The position numbers were made by a program, and so were the translations under genes. From Phyllobates terribilis (lineage: Eukaryota): DNA of 64,000 bases. The notes beneath the pieces are model-generated. The model did not search any database, was not told the DNA's origin, and saw only the letters and a list, made by a program, of their open reading frames with translations. Below, in pieces: positions 47,567-59,722 of this stretch. Numbering within the stretch: position 1 is the stretch's first letter; each line of letters starts with the position of its first letter. The DNA lies in the NCBI RefSeq assembly GCF_046119375.1, contig NW_027362771.1, positions 529,604,001-529,668,000 on the forward strand. The letters are read 5' to 3'.

Positions 47567-48839
47567 TGACGCGCCCCCTGGGCCGTGGGGTACTCGATAG
47601 CCGAGCCGGTCGGTGCTGGGGATGTCACGGTGGCAGTGACCTGGTCCATGACCCAGGGTGGTCAATTAAAGGGAAAGTAAAAGGGAATAAAGTTTTTAGG
47701 ATAATAATGATCGTGACGCCACCTGTGGTATGCGGCTATTTGGGGCCGCCGCTGCGGTGCAGATCCGCTGGAGCTGATGGTGACGCAGCAGAGTTGGTTC
47801 AGCTCTCCACAGGTAGAGCTAAGCTCCAGGGCAGGAAATGATAAATTGAATGAGGTACATGTTGTTGGTGCTGTGTAATGCAGGGCTGGTGATGGCGCAG
47901 CAATTATTCAATGACACAGTGGGGTGCAGTCTTCAGGTTTTACTCACGGTTGTTCAATTCTCCAGGTTACAATGGCCAGTGTGTAACCTCCCACGTCGTC
48001 CTGTGTCCTCCAGGGTAGGGATCCAGCAATCTCTCAGGTACCTCAGGAGCACTTAAACGGGACCCCGTTCTATGTACCTTTCCCGGTCGTCTCACTGCGC
48101 TGGCTCTCGCCCTCCTGCCCTGCGCTTCACAATCAGTGTCCCAGGCCAGTGGCCTCGGGCCTTGTCAGGAAACGTGCAGTCCCCTGGACCCTATGCGGCC
48201 ACCTTTTCGGCGATGTAATTGTGGATGTTGGCTGCAGCACCTTGAAAATGCAGCAGCCTGCGGTTGTCTAGCTGAGCCTGGTTGTTCTCCACTAGTTAGG
48301 GGGCGGTCCCCTTCTGCGGCCTGATCCCTCCACGTCAGCATGAATTCGGGCGCACGGGTGGCCTCTGCACTCACCATGCCCCTGGGATCCCCTCTGTTTC
48401 TCCTGGATCCCTCCTCACTTCTCCTCTCTCCTCTCTTCATTCTTTCTCCTGGGCCTCTCTGGCTGGGCCCTGCTCCTTTCTCCACTCCTCCTGAGCAGAA
48501 CTCCTCCTGAGCTCCTCCTCCCAGCTCTCTCTCCTCTGTACTGTCTCCTCACAACTGACTGCTTCTAGATGGTTCCCCCTCTTCTTATACTCTTCCTGTC
48601 TGTGCTCCCCTGAACTACTTCCTCCACCCACCTCCTCTACCTAGTTCCACCCTCCAGCTAGGGACCAGGGACTGTGCTGTCCCTTAGGAGTAATCTCGCC
48701 CTTCCCTACTGAAGTGGAGTGTATTGGATGTGGGGGTGTGGGTCCCGGGTAGTGCTCCCTATTTACCTGAGAGTGGGGTGCCACACCTCTGGGTGAGATA
48801 CAGTACCTTTGTGTCTACTGAACCCGCAGGGGTGCCACA
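47567..48839 (-). mobile_element. Solo LTR of the same family inserted in a related LTR
   Basis: TGTGGCACCCC...GCGCGTCA; TSD AGCG at 47563-47566 and 48840-48843; host LTR text resumes. Confidence 0.9.
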
Positions 48840-50163
48840 AGCGCAAGGCAGGTGGCGTAGTAATTAATTCAAGGACACAGCGGGGTGCAGTCTTCAAGTA
48901 TTTACTCACAGTTATCAAGATGCTCCAGGTTACAACTGCCAGATTATAACCACCCACGTCTTCCTGTGTCCTCCGGGGAAGTGATCCAGCCAACTCTCAG
49001 ATAACTTGGGTGCACTTGAACGGGACCCCTTTCTGTGTACCTCTCCAGGTCGTCTCTCTCTCTGCGCTGGCTCTCGCCCTCCTGCCCTGCACCTCACACA
49101 CAGTGTCCCGAGCCAGTGTCCGCAGGCCTTGTTGGGTGACGTCCTGTCTGTCCCCTTTGTCCTATATGGCCACCTTTTCAGCGATTGTGTGTGGACTGTG
49201 GCTACGGCACGTGAAGATACCGCAGCCTCCGGTTTGCTAGCTGAGCCTTAAAGTACTCCACTAGTCTGGGGCCGATCCCCTCCTGCGGCCTTGATCCCTT
49301 CTGTCTCTGGAGCCCTCTTCACTGCTCCGGTCTTCTCTCCTCACTCTCCTCCTGGGCCTCTCTGACTGGGCCCGACTCCTCACTCACTGAACTCCTCTGG
49401 AACTCCTAACTCCTTCTAGATGTTTCTACCCTTGCTTTTACACTGTTCCTTCAGTGCTCCCCTAAACTACTTCCTCCACCCACCTCCTCTACTTAGTTCC
49501 ACCTCCAAACAGGGACCGGCTCTGTGCTCTCCCTCAGGAGCTATCTGGACCCTCCCTCAGGAATGGTGTAGTGTTGGATGTGAGTGGTTGGGTCCCGGGT
49601 AGTGCTTCCTCCTTACCTGAGAGTGGGGTACCACACCTCTGGCTGAGACGCAATACCTCTGCGGCAACTGGACCCGGAGGGGCGCCACACTCGTCACTTA
49701 TTTCTGATAAAAAAATATCAACCATATCCATCAGTACATTTTTGCACGATCCCCTCAGCCTGGATCCCCTTCCGTTCTGCAACTCAAGTTCAATTTCCAC
49801 CTTCGAGCCTGTCACAGAAGAAGTTTCCAGGCTCCTTGCTTCTTCTTGGCCTACAACCTGCACCAGTGACTCTATTTCTTCACATGTCCTACAGCCTCTC
49901 TCTCCAGTTTTAACTACCTACCTAATTAAAATATTTAATCTCGCTCTCTCTTCCGGTATCTTTCCCTCTTCATTCAAACACGCCGTCATAATCCCTTTAC
50001 TTAAAAAACCACCCTCGTTCAGAAATGTACTGCAAACTACAGACCTGTCTCTAATCTACCCTTCATTTCTAAACTCTTGGAACATTTGGTCCACTCACGT
50101 CTAATCCGCTATTTTTCAGATAACTCTCTTCTTGACCCTCTACAATCTGGTTTCCGCTCTTTA

Positions 50164-50551
50164 GGCTGTGTGCCCACGTAGCATTTTTCAAGCGTATATG
50201 CTGCGGAATTTCCGCAGCGTAAACGCTTGAAAAACGCATGTATATCCGCACCCCATGGTCCCCAATGGGATTCCGCAAGTTCTATGCACATGCTGCGGAT
50301 TTTTCCGCAGCGTTTATGCCGCGTTCAAAAATCCGCAGCATGTCATTTAATTTTGCGTTTCCGCAAGCGGAATTGCCTTTGTCCAATGCATAAAAAACGC
50401 AAGGCAATTCCGCATGTGGAAAACGCGTGATAAACGCGCGAAAAATGCGCGATAAACGCGTGCGGAATTCCGCATGCGTTTTTCCGGGAGAGGACTTGCA
50501 TTTATGCAGCAAAAATTTTCTGCTTCATAAATGCAACGTGGGCACATAGCC
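50164..50551. mobile_element. PIF/Harbinger MITE (short)
   Basis: GGCTGTGTGCCCACG / CGTGGGCACATAGCC; TSD TTA. Confidence 0.9.
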
Positions 50552-51947
50552 TTAAACACTATTGAAACTGCCCTCAGTAAAATCTCTAACGATATACTGA
50601 CAGATAAATCTAATGGCCTCTACTCCCTGTTAATTCACCTAGATCTCTCTGCTGCATTTGACAATGTGGATTATCTGCTCCTTCTCACTGTGATCTGCTC
50701 TATTGGCCTCATGGACATCATTCACTCTTGGTTCTCCTCCTACCTCTCTGACCGCACCTTCACTGTATCTTCTGCCAGCTCTTACTCCTCTAATCTTCTC
50801 TTTGCTATTGGGGTTCCTCAAGGCTTTGTCCTAGGCGATCTCCTGTTCTCTCTATAAACCGCTCCTATTGGACAAACCGTGAACAGATTTGGTTTCCAGT
50901 ATCATCTCTATACTGATGACACTCAATTATACACATCGTCTCCTGAAATCACCCCCACCTTAAAACAAAATACCAGGGATTGTCTGTCCACTGTCTGTAA
51001 CATCATGTCCTCATTCTATCTGAAACTGAATCTCTTCAAAACTGAACTTCTCATGTTTCTTCCTCTAGTAAACCGACTTATACCCAATATTGCAATTGCC
51101 TTGGGTGGTTCAACCATAACTCCCCAGCAGCATAACCGCTGCCTTGGGGTTATATTTGTCACAGAACTTTCCTTTATCCCCTATATCCAATCACTCACTC
51201 GCATCTTAAAAACAACTACAGAATGCGACCGTTTCTTACCTTGAAACTGCAAAAAGGTTTACTGTTGCTCTTATTCATTTCCATCTGGAGTACTGCAACT
51301 TTCTACTGATCATTTTCCTTCTAATCAAACTTTCTCCTCTCCAGTCTATCCTTAATGCGACAGCCAGGCTTGTATTTCTGTCCATCCACTACACTGATGC
51401 CTCCACTTTGTGCCAGTCATTGCACTGGCTGCCCATTCGCTAAAGAATACAATGGAAACTTATCTTTCTCAGTCACAAAGCTCTCCATAGTTCTGCACCA
51501 CACTTTATCTCATCCTTCATCTCTATCACCCTATCCATTCTCTCCGCTTTGCAACTGATAGAAGACTACCATCCTTCATAATCCGAACCTCCCAATTCCG
51601 TCTCCAAGACTTCTCTCGTGCTGCGCCAGTTTTTTGTAATGCACTACTCCGAACAGCCTATTACCTAGCCAACACGTTTTTAAGGTTGCTTTAAAAACAC
51701 ATCTCTTTGGACAGGCCTTTCACCTCAATTCACTAACGTAACCCTCCCCTGTTCCCTCTTTCTAAATTTTAATCTGGTCCCTCCTATTCATCTGTGACAA
51801 CATCATTCATGCTCCCAATAGCACATTGTAACTGTACTTAGACAGATACTGCCTGATGACCGGAACATGCAGCTTTACATGAAAACTCCTATTTATTAAA
51901 ATGATGGCTGGACCATACATGTCACCAGCAGAGAGAGAAAACAATAA

Positions 51948-52834
51948 GGTTATGTGCCCACGATGCAGAAATGCTCCGGATTTTTCCTGAGCGTTTCTGC
52001 ATCTCCCCGGCAGAAAAAACGCATGCGGATTGTACATGCGGATTGTACATGCGTTTTTCCTGCCAGGGACATGCGGATGTGAAGCGGTCTTCACATGCAT
52101 TTTCGCATGCGGGTTGTCAAGCGCTTTCCAAGCGATTTTAGCATCACTTGGAAAGTGCTTGACAACTTGGTCACACTATATAAATCCATGCAACCAGCAT
52201 GGATTTATATAGTGTGACCGAAAGAATGTTTAAAAATAAAAAAATAAATATATACTTACCTTCCGATGGCCCCCTGTGTTTTGCTTCCCTCCGTTCTCCC
52301 TTGCCGGCAGATCGCGGTACACTGAAGGACCTGCCGACATCAGCATCTCGTGACCCGTCACATGACTATGACGTCAGTGCAGGTCCTCCAGTCCATCGCG
52401 ATCTGCCGGCAAGTGAAGACAAGGAGACCGCGGGCCGTCAGAAGGTAAATATAACATTTATTTTTTATTTTATTCTTTTTTTTACAGGTTCTATGGTACC
52501 TGGGTCCGGAGGAATGTCTCCTGTCCTCCACACCCGGGTACCATCCGCCATTAGAACGCATGGAATGCGCATCTACATATACTGTGATGCAGAATCCATG
52601 CGTTCCAATGCAAGTCAATGGCGGCGAAAACGCAGCACTTCCGCAAAATAATTGGTAGTGCTGCGTTTTTTTCCACAATAATAATTCGCAGCTAAATTTC
52701 CGCAGCATGTGCACAGTACATGCGGATTATCATTGGGGAACATGGCAGACCTTCTACCATGCGTTTTTTAAGCGTTTCTACAGCGTTTTTGCCGCTGCGG
52801 AAACGCTTAAAAAACGCATCGTGGGCACACAGCC
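51948..52834. mobile_element. PIF/Harbinger MITE related to 40866-41698
   Basis: GGTTATGTGCCCACG / CGTGGGCACACAGCC; TSD TAA; shared internal hairpins. Confidence 0.9.
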
Positions 52835-53814
52835 TAAGGGTGTACTATTAAAAGCTAACTTTTAATGACCCTCACTGCTACTGTAACTGTTAAACTATGT
52901 GTTATTTTGTGATGACTTTTTTGTCTTTACATGTCCCCGCTAAATTCCAAAGTGCTGAGGAATGAATATGTTGGCGCTATAGAAATAAAATTATTATTAT
53001 TATAAAAGTGGCTCTCCTTTATGAAGAAGAAAGCTGGTTCTCTAGTACTGCCTATTAAAACTAGTCCCACTATAAGTCAGTGTCCTCCGTTATTCCCATA
53101 GTTTACTCTGGGTCCATGCTGTAGCTCTATATACCCTTGCTTTTATAAATGGAATGCGTAGGGAAGAGAAATACTTTAATCCACCACCTCACTATGGCAC
53201 CCTATGATGGAACAGCTCCGTAATACCAATGTAAGGGTTTGCTAACACTCACGCTACTCCTTGCTTCTACAGATTTCCAAAATTGTAGTCTGCAGCACTT
53301 ATTATTTTTGAAACAGACATCCTGATGGAAATCTTAAATCAGCGTTGTAGGTTTTGTATTATAAGACCCCCGACATTATGTAGTACTTTATTCCCTAGTT
53401 TATTGCATTTTTTTTCTTTCTGCCGCAAACATGGTTAAAATAGGTTGGGTTTTACCATTGCGGTAAATATGGAAATAAAGCCAAAATTAATAATACCGTA
53501 ATTTACACAAAAGCAAAAATGATAACTTCAAAAAGTTCATTGATTGCAACTCTACCTATATAGTTTTACCTGATCATTTGCTCTATATGTGATAACAAGT
53601 ATGCAGCTGCACATTAAAAAAGAAAATAAATGAACATTTATGAAATGCAGATAATGAAAATGCCAGTAACCCCCTCTAACTTGTCAAAACATTTTTACTC
53701 TGATTACGTAGAAGTTTCAAGTTTCTTCTATGGATTTGAAAGAGCTAATTAGACTGATTCAAGGGGGTGATTGGAGACAAATATAATTAAACATGGATCT
53801 GTGGATGCATCAAA

Positions 53815-53946
53815 TTGTGTATAAGAGAGCTGTGGGGGAATGATACAGTGTTTAGGGGAGCTGAGGGTCGATCATACTGTGTATTAGGGAAACTGAGGGC
53901 CCATTGTATTGTGTAAAGGGGAGCTGATGGCCCATCATACTGTGCA
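53815..53946. repeat. Degenerate GGGGAGCTG...CATCATACTGTG minisatellite, resuming at 63962-64000
   Basis: The same unit flanks both ends of the 53947-63961 element. Confidence 0.65.
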
Positions 53947-54443
53947 TGTTAAAAGGCTCGGATGCCGCACACAGCACGCAGAGAGAATGGCAGAGGTTTA
54001 ATTCAAGATTTGGTTTCTCCACGCAGGGAGTGTAAATTTAAGTAACACAACAATAAAACAGTAAAATCGGACAATAAACAATTGTGGTTTAACTATAACA
54101 CGGAAAGGATGAACAATACAACAGTACCAAAAGTTCAGGCTGAATAAGAAAAGGTAGATTACTGGAGGCTTGCACTTATCTGTCCTTTAGCGATAACTAC
54201 GTCCGTCTTCAGACACTCACTCCGGAGGGTGTCCATCTTCTGGCGGCAGTGGGCGGTCTCGGGTCTCACCCACTGGGCCCCCAGTCCTTTGACCACACGA
54301 CAGCGGTCACGACTCCTTTAAGAGCCGTAGCAAACTCCTCCGGCGTACAACAAACTGCGTTAGGATCACTAATCCCGGGTGCGTCCTCACCCGTAGGTTA
54401 CCGTCAGATGTCTGGAAAACTGTGGTGATGCAGGTAACTGAAC

Positions 54444-55761
54444 CAGAGCCGGCTCCAGGTTTTTCTGGGCCCCGGGCGAAAGAGTCTCAGTGGGCCCCTA
54501 TAACACATACCACGATTCATGATGCACAGATACGGCGGAGAAATATATATATATATATATTACAATGCAAAGATTTCACCTCTTACATTACATGAGTGAA
54601 ATCTATTGTAAATTCCACAATAGCTCTGAAACCGGTGAATCGCTCCACACAGAATACTGGCCCTCATATAACGCTCCATACAGGATACTGGCCCCCATAT
54701 AAGGCTCCATACGGAATACTGGCCCCCATATAAGGCCCCATACGGAATACTGGCCCCCATATAAGGCCCCATATGGAATACTGGCCCTCATATAAGGCTC
54801 CATACGGAATACTGGCCCCCATGTAAGGCTCCATACGGAATACTGGCCCCCATATAAGGCTCCATACGGAATACTGGCCCCCATATAAGGCTCCATACGG
54901 AATACTGGCCCCCATATAACGCTCCATACAGGATACTGGTCCCCTTATAAAGCTCCATACAGGATACTGGCCCCCATATAACGCTCCATACAAGATACTG
55001 GTCCCCTTATAACGCTCCATACAGGATACTGGCCCCCATATAACGCTCCATGCAGGCTGTTACCCCCCACATAATGCCCCATACAGGCTGTCCCCCCTTT
55101 ATAATGCTCCAGGCTGTTACCCCCCACATAATGCCCCATACAGGCTGTCCCCCCCCTTATAATGCTCCATGCAGGCTGTTCCCCCCCACATAAAGCACTA
55201 TGCAGGCTGTCCCCCCCCCCTTATAATGCCTCATGCAGGCTGTTCCCCCCCTTATAATGCCCCATGCAGGCTGTCACCCCTACTCTTTATAATACCCCAT
55301 GCACGATGTACCCTCCCCTCTCTTTATAATGCCCCATGCAGGATGTCACCCCCTCTCTTTATAATGCCCCATGCAGGATGTCACCCCCTCTCTCTATAAT
55401 GCCCCATGCCCCCTCCTCCTCACCTGCAGCTGCTCGGGTCCGGACTCCAGCGTCGTCGGTATCTTCCCGCTTTGCGCTCCCTGTGATGGCTCAGGGGAGC
55501 GCGCGGTGGAAAGACGTCACCACACCCTCTGACCTGAGATGTCACAGGGAGCGCAGAGCGGGAAGACGGCAGATCTGCAGAGGCACGGGGAGAGGTAAGT
55601 ATCCGGCTGCCGGGGCCCTGAGCAAGCGGGAGAGAAGGGCGGGCGCTGACACCGCTCTCCTCGCCCATAGCCCGGCGGGGTGCGCGACTGCCAGTGGGCC
55701 CCTCTGCCTGCTCAGGGCCCCGGCACTTGCCCGGGTGCGCCGGGTGCTGACGCCGGCCCTG
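54444..55761. mobile_element. Non-autonomous hAT element inside the 3' LTR
   Basis: TIR CAGAGCCGGC / GCCGGCCCTG; 8-bp TSD AACTGAAC (54436-54443, 55762-55769). Confidence 0.9.
54650..55410. repeat. 31-bp minisatellite grading into an ATAATGCCCCATGCAGG-type repeat
   Basis: ATACTGG anchors at 54654, 54685, 54716 and onward. Confidence 0.9.
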
Positions 55762-56284
55762 AACTGAACGATCACTTTCTGTAGGCCCGGTACAGACCGC
55801 ACGTCCTTTGTTTTTGCGGCAAGCTGTGCCACCCGTTCGCCCGTCACCACAGACAGGTCAGCACGTCTCTATTTCACTGAGGACAGGGCAGCACGTCTCT
55901 CTCTCTTTGTTGGCAGGTCCGACTGTTACTCCCCAACTGCCGGTCTGCTCTCCACAACCAACTGTCTCTTTCGCGTGAGCCCAGACACCTGACTTCCTCT
56001 CTTCCGTCCCTCTCCTCTGTCCCCCAGCACTGTCCAGGAAGTCCCCCGTGCACTCTTAATCCCATCCCCTGGCACACTGGGCAGGACCCTGGCAGTTCCG
56101 GCACCGGAGCTCCGCACCTGGCCCTAGGCAAGTCTTCCTTCTTACACTCCCGCTCCCTTTGAGCTCGCCATTCCACGGGCGAGAGTTTTTTCACCAGGTG
56201 CTCACACTCTCTGACCTCTTGGATGATACGTTGCCAGATGAACTGATCCTGATTGTAGCGGATAGGCGGCACACCAGCCGTGGA

Positions 56285-57375
56285 TCATTCGGACCGGCGT
56301 AATGCAGTTGGAGCGCAGGGTACTTGAGAGTCGCTGGGGTTCCCAACTTCGCCCGGCCCAGCCTGACGGAGTGGTGGGCCCTCCTCTCTCGTGTGGAAAG
56401 CTGTGGACGATGTGGGACTGGGGATCGCAGCCACTATCGTCTCTTCCTCCTCATCATCGTAGACGGGCGCACTGGGTGTGGGATCTCCCATCCTTGTGCT
56501 GAGTTCTTCCTTCTTTTCCTCATCACTAGACAAACAGGGCCGTAACATGCTTCGATGAACAATTCTAGTTGGAGCCGCTTCTTCCCCCTCAGGCTGAACC
56601 TCATACACCAGTCCTTCAGGACTAACTCTCGGTTTCACTCGATGCGGGGTCGACTCCCACCGTCTACTCAGCTGCCCCGGGGTCTCTTGTCCCGTACCAA
56701 CATCCGTTCTCCCGACTTAAAGGCTGTCCCCCGAAGAGGTGGCGTTTCATGGTGCTTATGTTCCTTAAACTTCTGCTGCACCAACCTCCGAAGAGTCTGC
56801 AACCGGTGCCAATGCTCCCGGACCCAGGTAGATGGGCACGTACGGGGCAAGTCCTCCACAGGATCTAGTTCGAGCTCGGTTATCTCCCTACCCTTTTGTC
56901 CGAACAGCAGGGTGTAGGGGGGTGAACCCTGTGGCACTATGTAGCCATTTATTATAGACCCACACCAGCTCGGCCACAAACTCCGGCCAGCGTACCTTCC
57001 GATCTTCTTCCAAGGTTCGAAGCATCTGGATCAAAGTTCTGTTGAAGCGTTCCATTCCCTTGCGGATGGTAAGGGGTGGTCCTAGACTTCTCGATCTTGT
57101 ATAGCCGGTGCAGCTCCTCCATCACCCGTCCTTGGAAACAGGCTCCTTGATCGGAGTGAATTTTCTTCGGACAGCCATAGACCCTGATGAAGTCCTGCCA
57201 GATTGCCTGGGCAGCAGATTCAGCTGTCTGATCCCTGGTCGGAGTTACCACAGCGAATTTCGTAAAGTGGTCGATCATGACCAGGCAATGTCCATACCCG
57301 AGATGCGCCGGCCCGATGGTCAGGTAGTCGATCATCGACACCTCTAAGGGCGCAGCCGTCACAATGGTCTGGGCT
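56285..57375 (-). pseudogene. pol: Gypsy integrase core and tail, frameshifted
   Basis: SMIDYLTIG, DHFTKFAV, IHSDQGACF, TTPYHPQGNG. Confidence 0.85.
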
Positions 57376-58939
57376 CGTCCTTTACTTCGCCCGGGGGTCT
57401 CGGGTCAACTGTTCCAGCTCTCAATGATTGAGCCACTCGAATATTGTACCACTCTTCTCGCATTTCTTGGATCTCCCGCCGCATCTCTCGGGCCCATTCA
57501 GGTTCGGCCGTGGGCGACGGGGGGCACTGCATTGCCCTGGACCATCCCTGCCAGGGTCACTACCCCCATCTCCTGTTCCCTCACGTGGGCCTCTGCCCCT
57601 GCCTCCAGAAATGTCATACGCGGGTTGGTGTGCAAGCGCTCTCGCAAGGCATGTCTCTGTAGCGCCCCGAGGGTTCGGCCGCTACAGGGGTATTGCACGT
57701 CTGCCAGAGGTCTGATATTCCACTCCCGGGTAAGGATGGAGTATGGACCAGGGCTTAGGTAGCTGCATGCAGCACACACACACCATTTCCAGGGGACAGC
57801 TCAACGGTGCTCCCATTAGACAGTAATGCAGGCACGACAGACCATGTCCCTGGCTGGAGTGGGGAGGGGGGAAGAACACCCAGTGATGTAGGAGCAGGAG
57901 GGGACGGTACCTGAGCGTAGGTAGGAGCTCATTGGTTGCTGGTCACCTGGGCTCATGTTCTAGAGGGAAGTATAAAAGGTGGGCACCATCTTAGATCAGG
58001 GGTCAGTTCAGTCAGAGAGAAATACAGTGGAGAGGTGAGAGGGTGCAGAGGCTCTGTAGGAGCTCTGCTCAGAGGCAGGCCTAGAGAAAAGGCCGGGGCC
58101 TGAGAGGAGAAGGAACAGAGGAGAAGAGAAGGAACAAGAAAGGGAAAGAAGTGGCCAAGAAACAGAAGGGCTCAGGAACAAGAAGGTGGAAGGGACCCTA
58201 AGGACCAACGTGAATCGGGTGACGGGTCAGGCAAGAAGAGGGTACCGGATCCCGATTTGGTGGAAGCTAATAATCTTCAGCCAAGAACCGGAGGTCGCGA
58301 CCATCACTTGGTGCGACCCCTTGCTAAACCTTGCTAGGAAGGCATACCATATAGGGTAGCGGGAAACGGGGCCCACGTTTGCCCGCATAGACCCGCGGGA
58401 GCTGGACAAAAGCTTGGTCACTGGCGGGGCATGAGCCGAAGTAAGGATAGGAAGGAGCTCTGAACCATACTCCTGAAGTGCCTGGGGGTTGACTGAGTCC
58501 CTCACCTGGTGGACACCGCACGGCTTGGGTGGTCACTGCTGGCGCTGAAGTGACCCGGAGCATATGAACCGTGAGTAAAAGACATTGGACTGCAGTACGT
58601 TGTCTGTGTACTCCTTGCTCCTCCAGCACTAACGGCACTGGGACTCTCTACACCATCACCCCCCCACCATCCTCTACACTGCCCTGGGGCTGCACTCTTC
58701 CCGTGGGGAGTAACACTACCTCAGCTGCAAACACCATCAGCCTCAGCGGTCTGCACTGCAGCGGCGGTTAGCCCTGACCGCAATCCACGGGTGGCGTAGT
58801 CGGACATTACCTACTGCACATCATAGACTACCACTGGTCTGACCACCCTGAGCCATGGGACCGGGTCGCCACTACTACTCCCAGCATTGCCCTGAAGACC
58901 GGTCCCGAGTGCCCCACGGCCCAGGGGGCGAGTCAGCTT

Positions 58940-58957
58940 TGGCGTAGTCGGCAGGAT
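58940..58957 (+). promoter_or_regulatory. tRNA-Ser primer binding site
   Basis: TGGCGTAGTCGGCAGGAT, complement of the tRNA-Ser(AGA/TGA) 3' end, 4 nt after the LTR. Confidence 0.9.
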
Positions 58958-59311
58958 TGTGACCAACCCGCCACAAACGGGTATTGCGCGCCTGAAAAGA
59001 GACTGTTTTATCGAATTGACTGTGTTGAAAGATGGCGCCCGCCCCAGCAGAACGGACGCCATAATGTGCGTGCCAAAAGACAACAGGAGGCCACCTCCCA
59101 TCGTGGGCCAGGTCCCAGAATGGCGCCAAAGAAGGAGCCCACCCCTGCCAGCCATGAATGCGGGTGTGGAGATGTCCATCAGCGTGGGGGGCTGCCCCTG
59201 AAAGTGATTGTCACCAAGTTGCCCCAGGACCACCCCCAATGGGGACGGGAAAGGAAGAAAACTGTGGGGTAGGGCGCGGTCTGGATCAGTCTAGACAGAC
59301 CGCACCCGGGA

Positions 59312-59587
59312 ATGGAGGAAGCATTCAGCAGCACCAGTACCTTGACCTGGGGCCTGCTGCAGGCTGAACCGCCATGCAGCCTGGCGGAGATCCTGGCGCA
59401 GCTCCCCAGAGATCCGGAGCGTGCGCAAGCTGCACTGGAGGACCTGGATCGGAGGATGGTCCGGGCGCAGCGGGATGCGCTTGCCGGGTGGAGAGAAGAA
59501 CTGGCCGGCAGGCTGGAACCCGCCAGAGGCAGGCATCACCCGCACCCCGAAGTACGCCTGCCTCTGAGGACGGTGAAGGAGGAGTGA
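59312..59587 (+). CDS. 91-aa helical ORF, possibly the frameshifted N-terminus of the CSD protein
   Basis: ATG-initiated, amphipathic and charged (LAEILAQL...WREELAGRL); overlaps downstream Pro/Ala-rich frames. Confidence 0.4.
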   Translation: MEEAFSSTSTLTWGLLQAEPPCSLAEILAQLPRDPERAQAALEDLDRRMVRAQRDALAGWREELAGRLEPARGRHHPHPEVRLPLRTVKEE

Positions 59588-59722
59588 AGGCCGGAGACGA
59601 CGCCGCGGAGGGAGCCACGAGGACCAAGGCAGGTAAAGGGGACGTTACCACCCCAGGCCCAGCAGCTGCAAGCCCGCCCCAGCCTCCCGTCGCAGAGCCC
59701 GAAGCCCCACTCACCGTACCTG

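Larger units (their letters stand above)
45294..49689 (-). mobile_element. Internally deleted two-LTR element of the CSD family
   Basis: 3' LTR 45294-46529; PPT 46530-46540; internal remnant 46530-47258; 5' LTR 47260-47566 plus 48844-49689; TSD CTGG/CTCG. Confidence 0.85.
49698..53003 (+). mobile_element. L2 LINE 3' part (RT, 3' UTR, TTA tail), interrupted by two MITEs
   Basis: QSGFRS, LDLSAAFDNVD, GVPQGFVLG, HLYTDDTQLY; ends GGCGCTATAGAAATAAAA(TTA)n. Confidence 0.85.

Noticed and set aside
43655-49700. Many 60-130-aa ORFs on both strands within LTRs
   Set aside because: GC-rich LTR sequence with no domain motifs; only the CSD remnant is supported
53255-53340. Splice acceptor TTGCTTCTACAG as the start of a host exon
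   Set aside because: All three frames stop within about 50 nt and nothing else supports a gene
54560-55399. Overlapping ORFs here and at 13739-14069
   Set aside because: They are translations of stop-poor minisatellites
58940-58957. tRNA genes at the tRNA-Ser matches and at 30315-30440
   Set aside because: The matches are 18-nt complements including CCA next to LTRs (PBS); the 30315 segment continues into a SINE core
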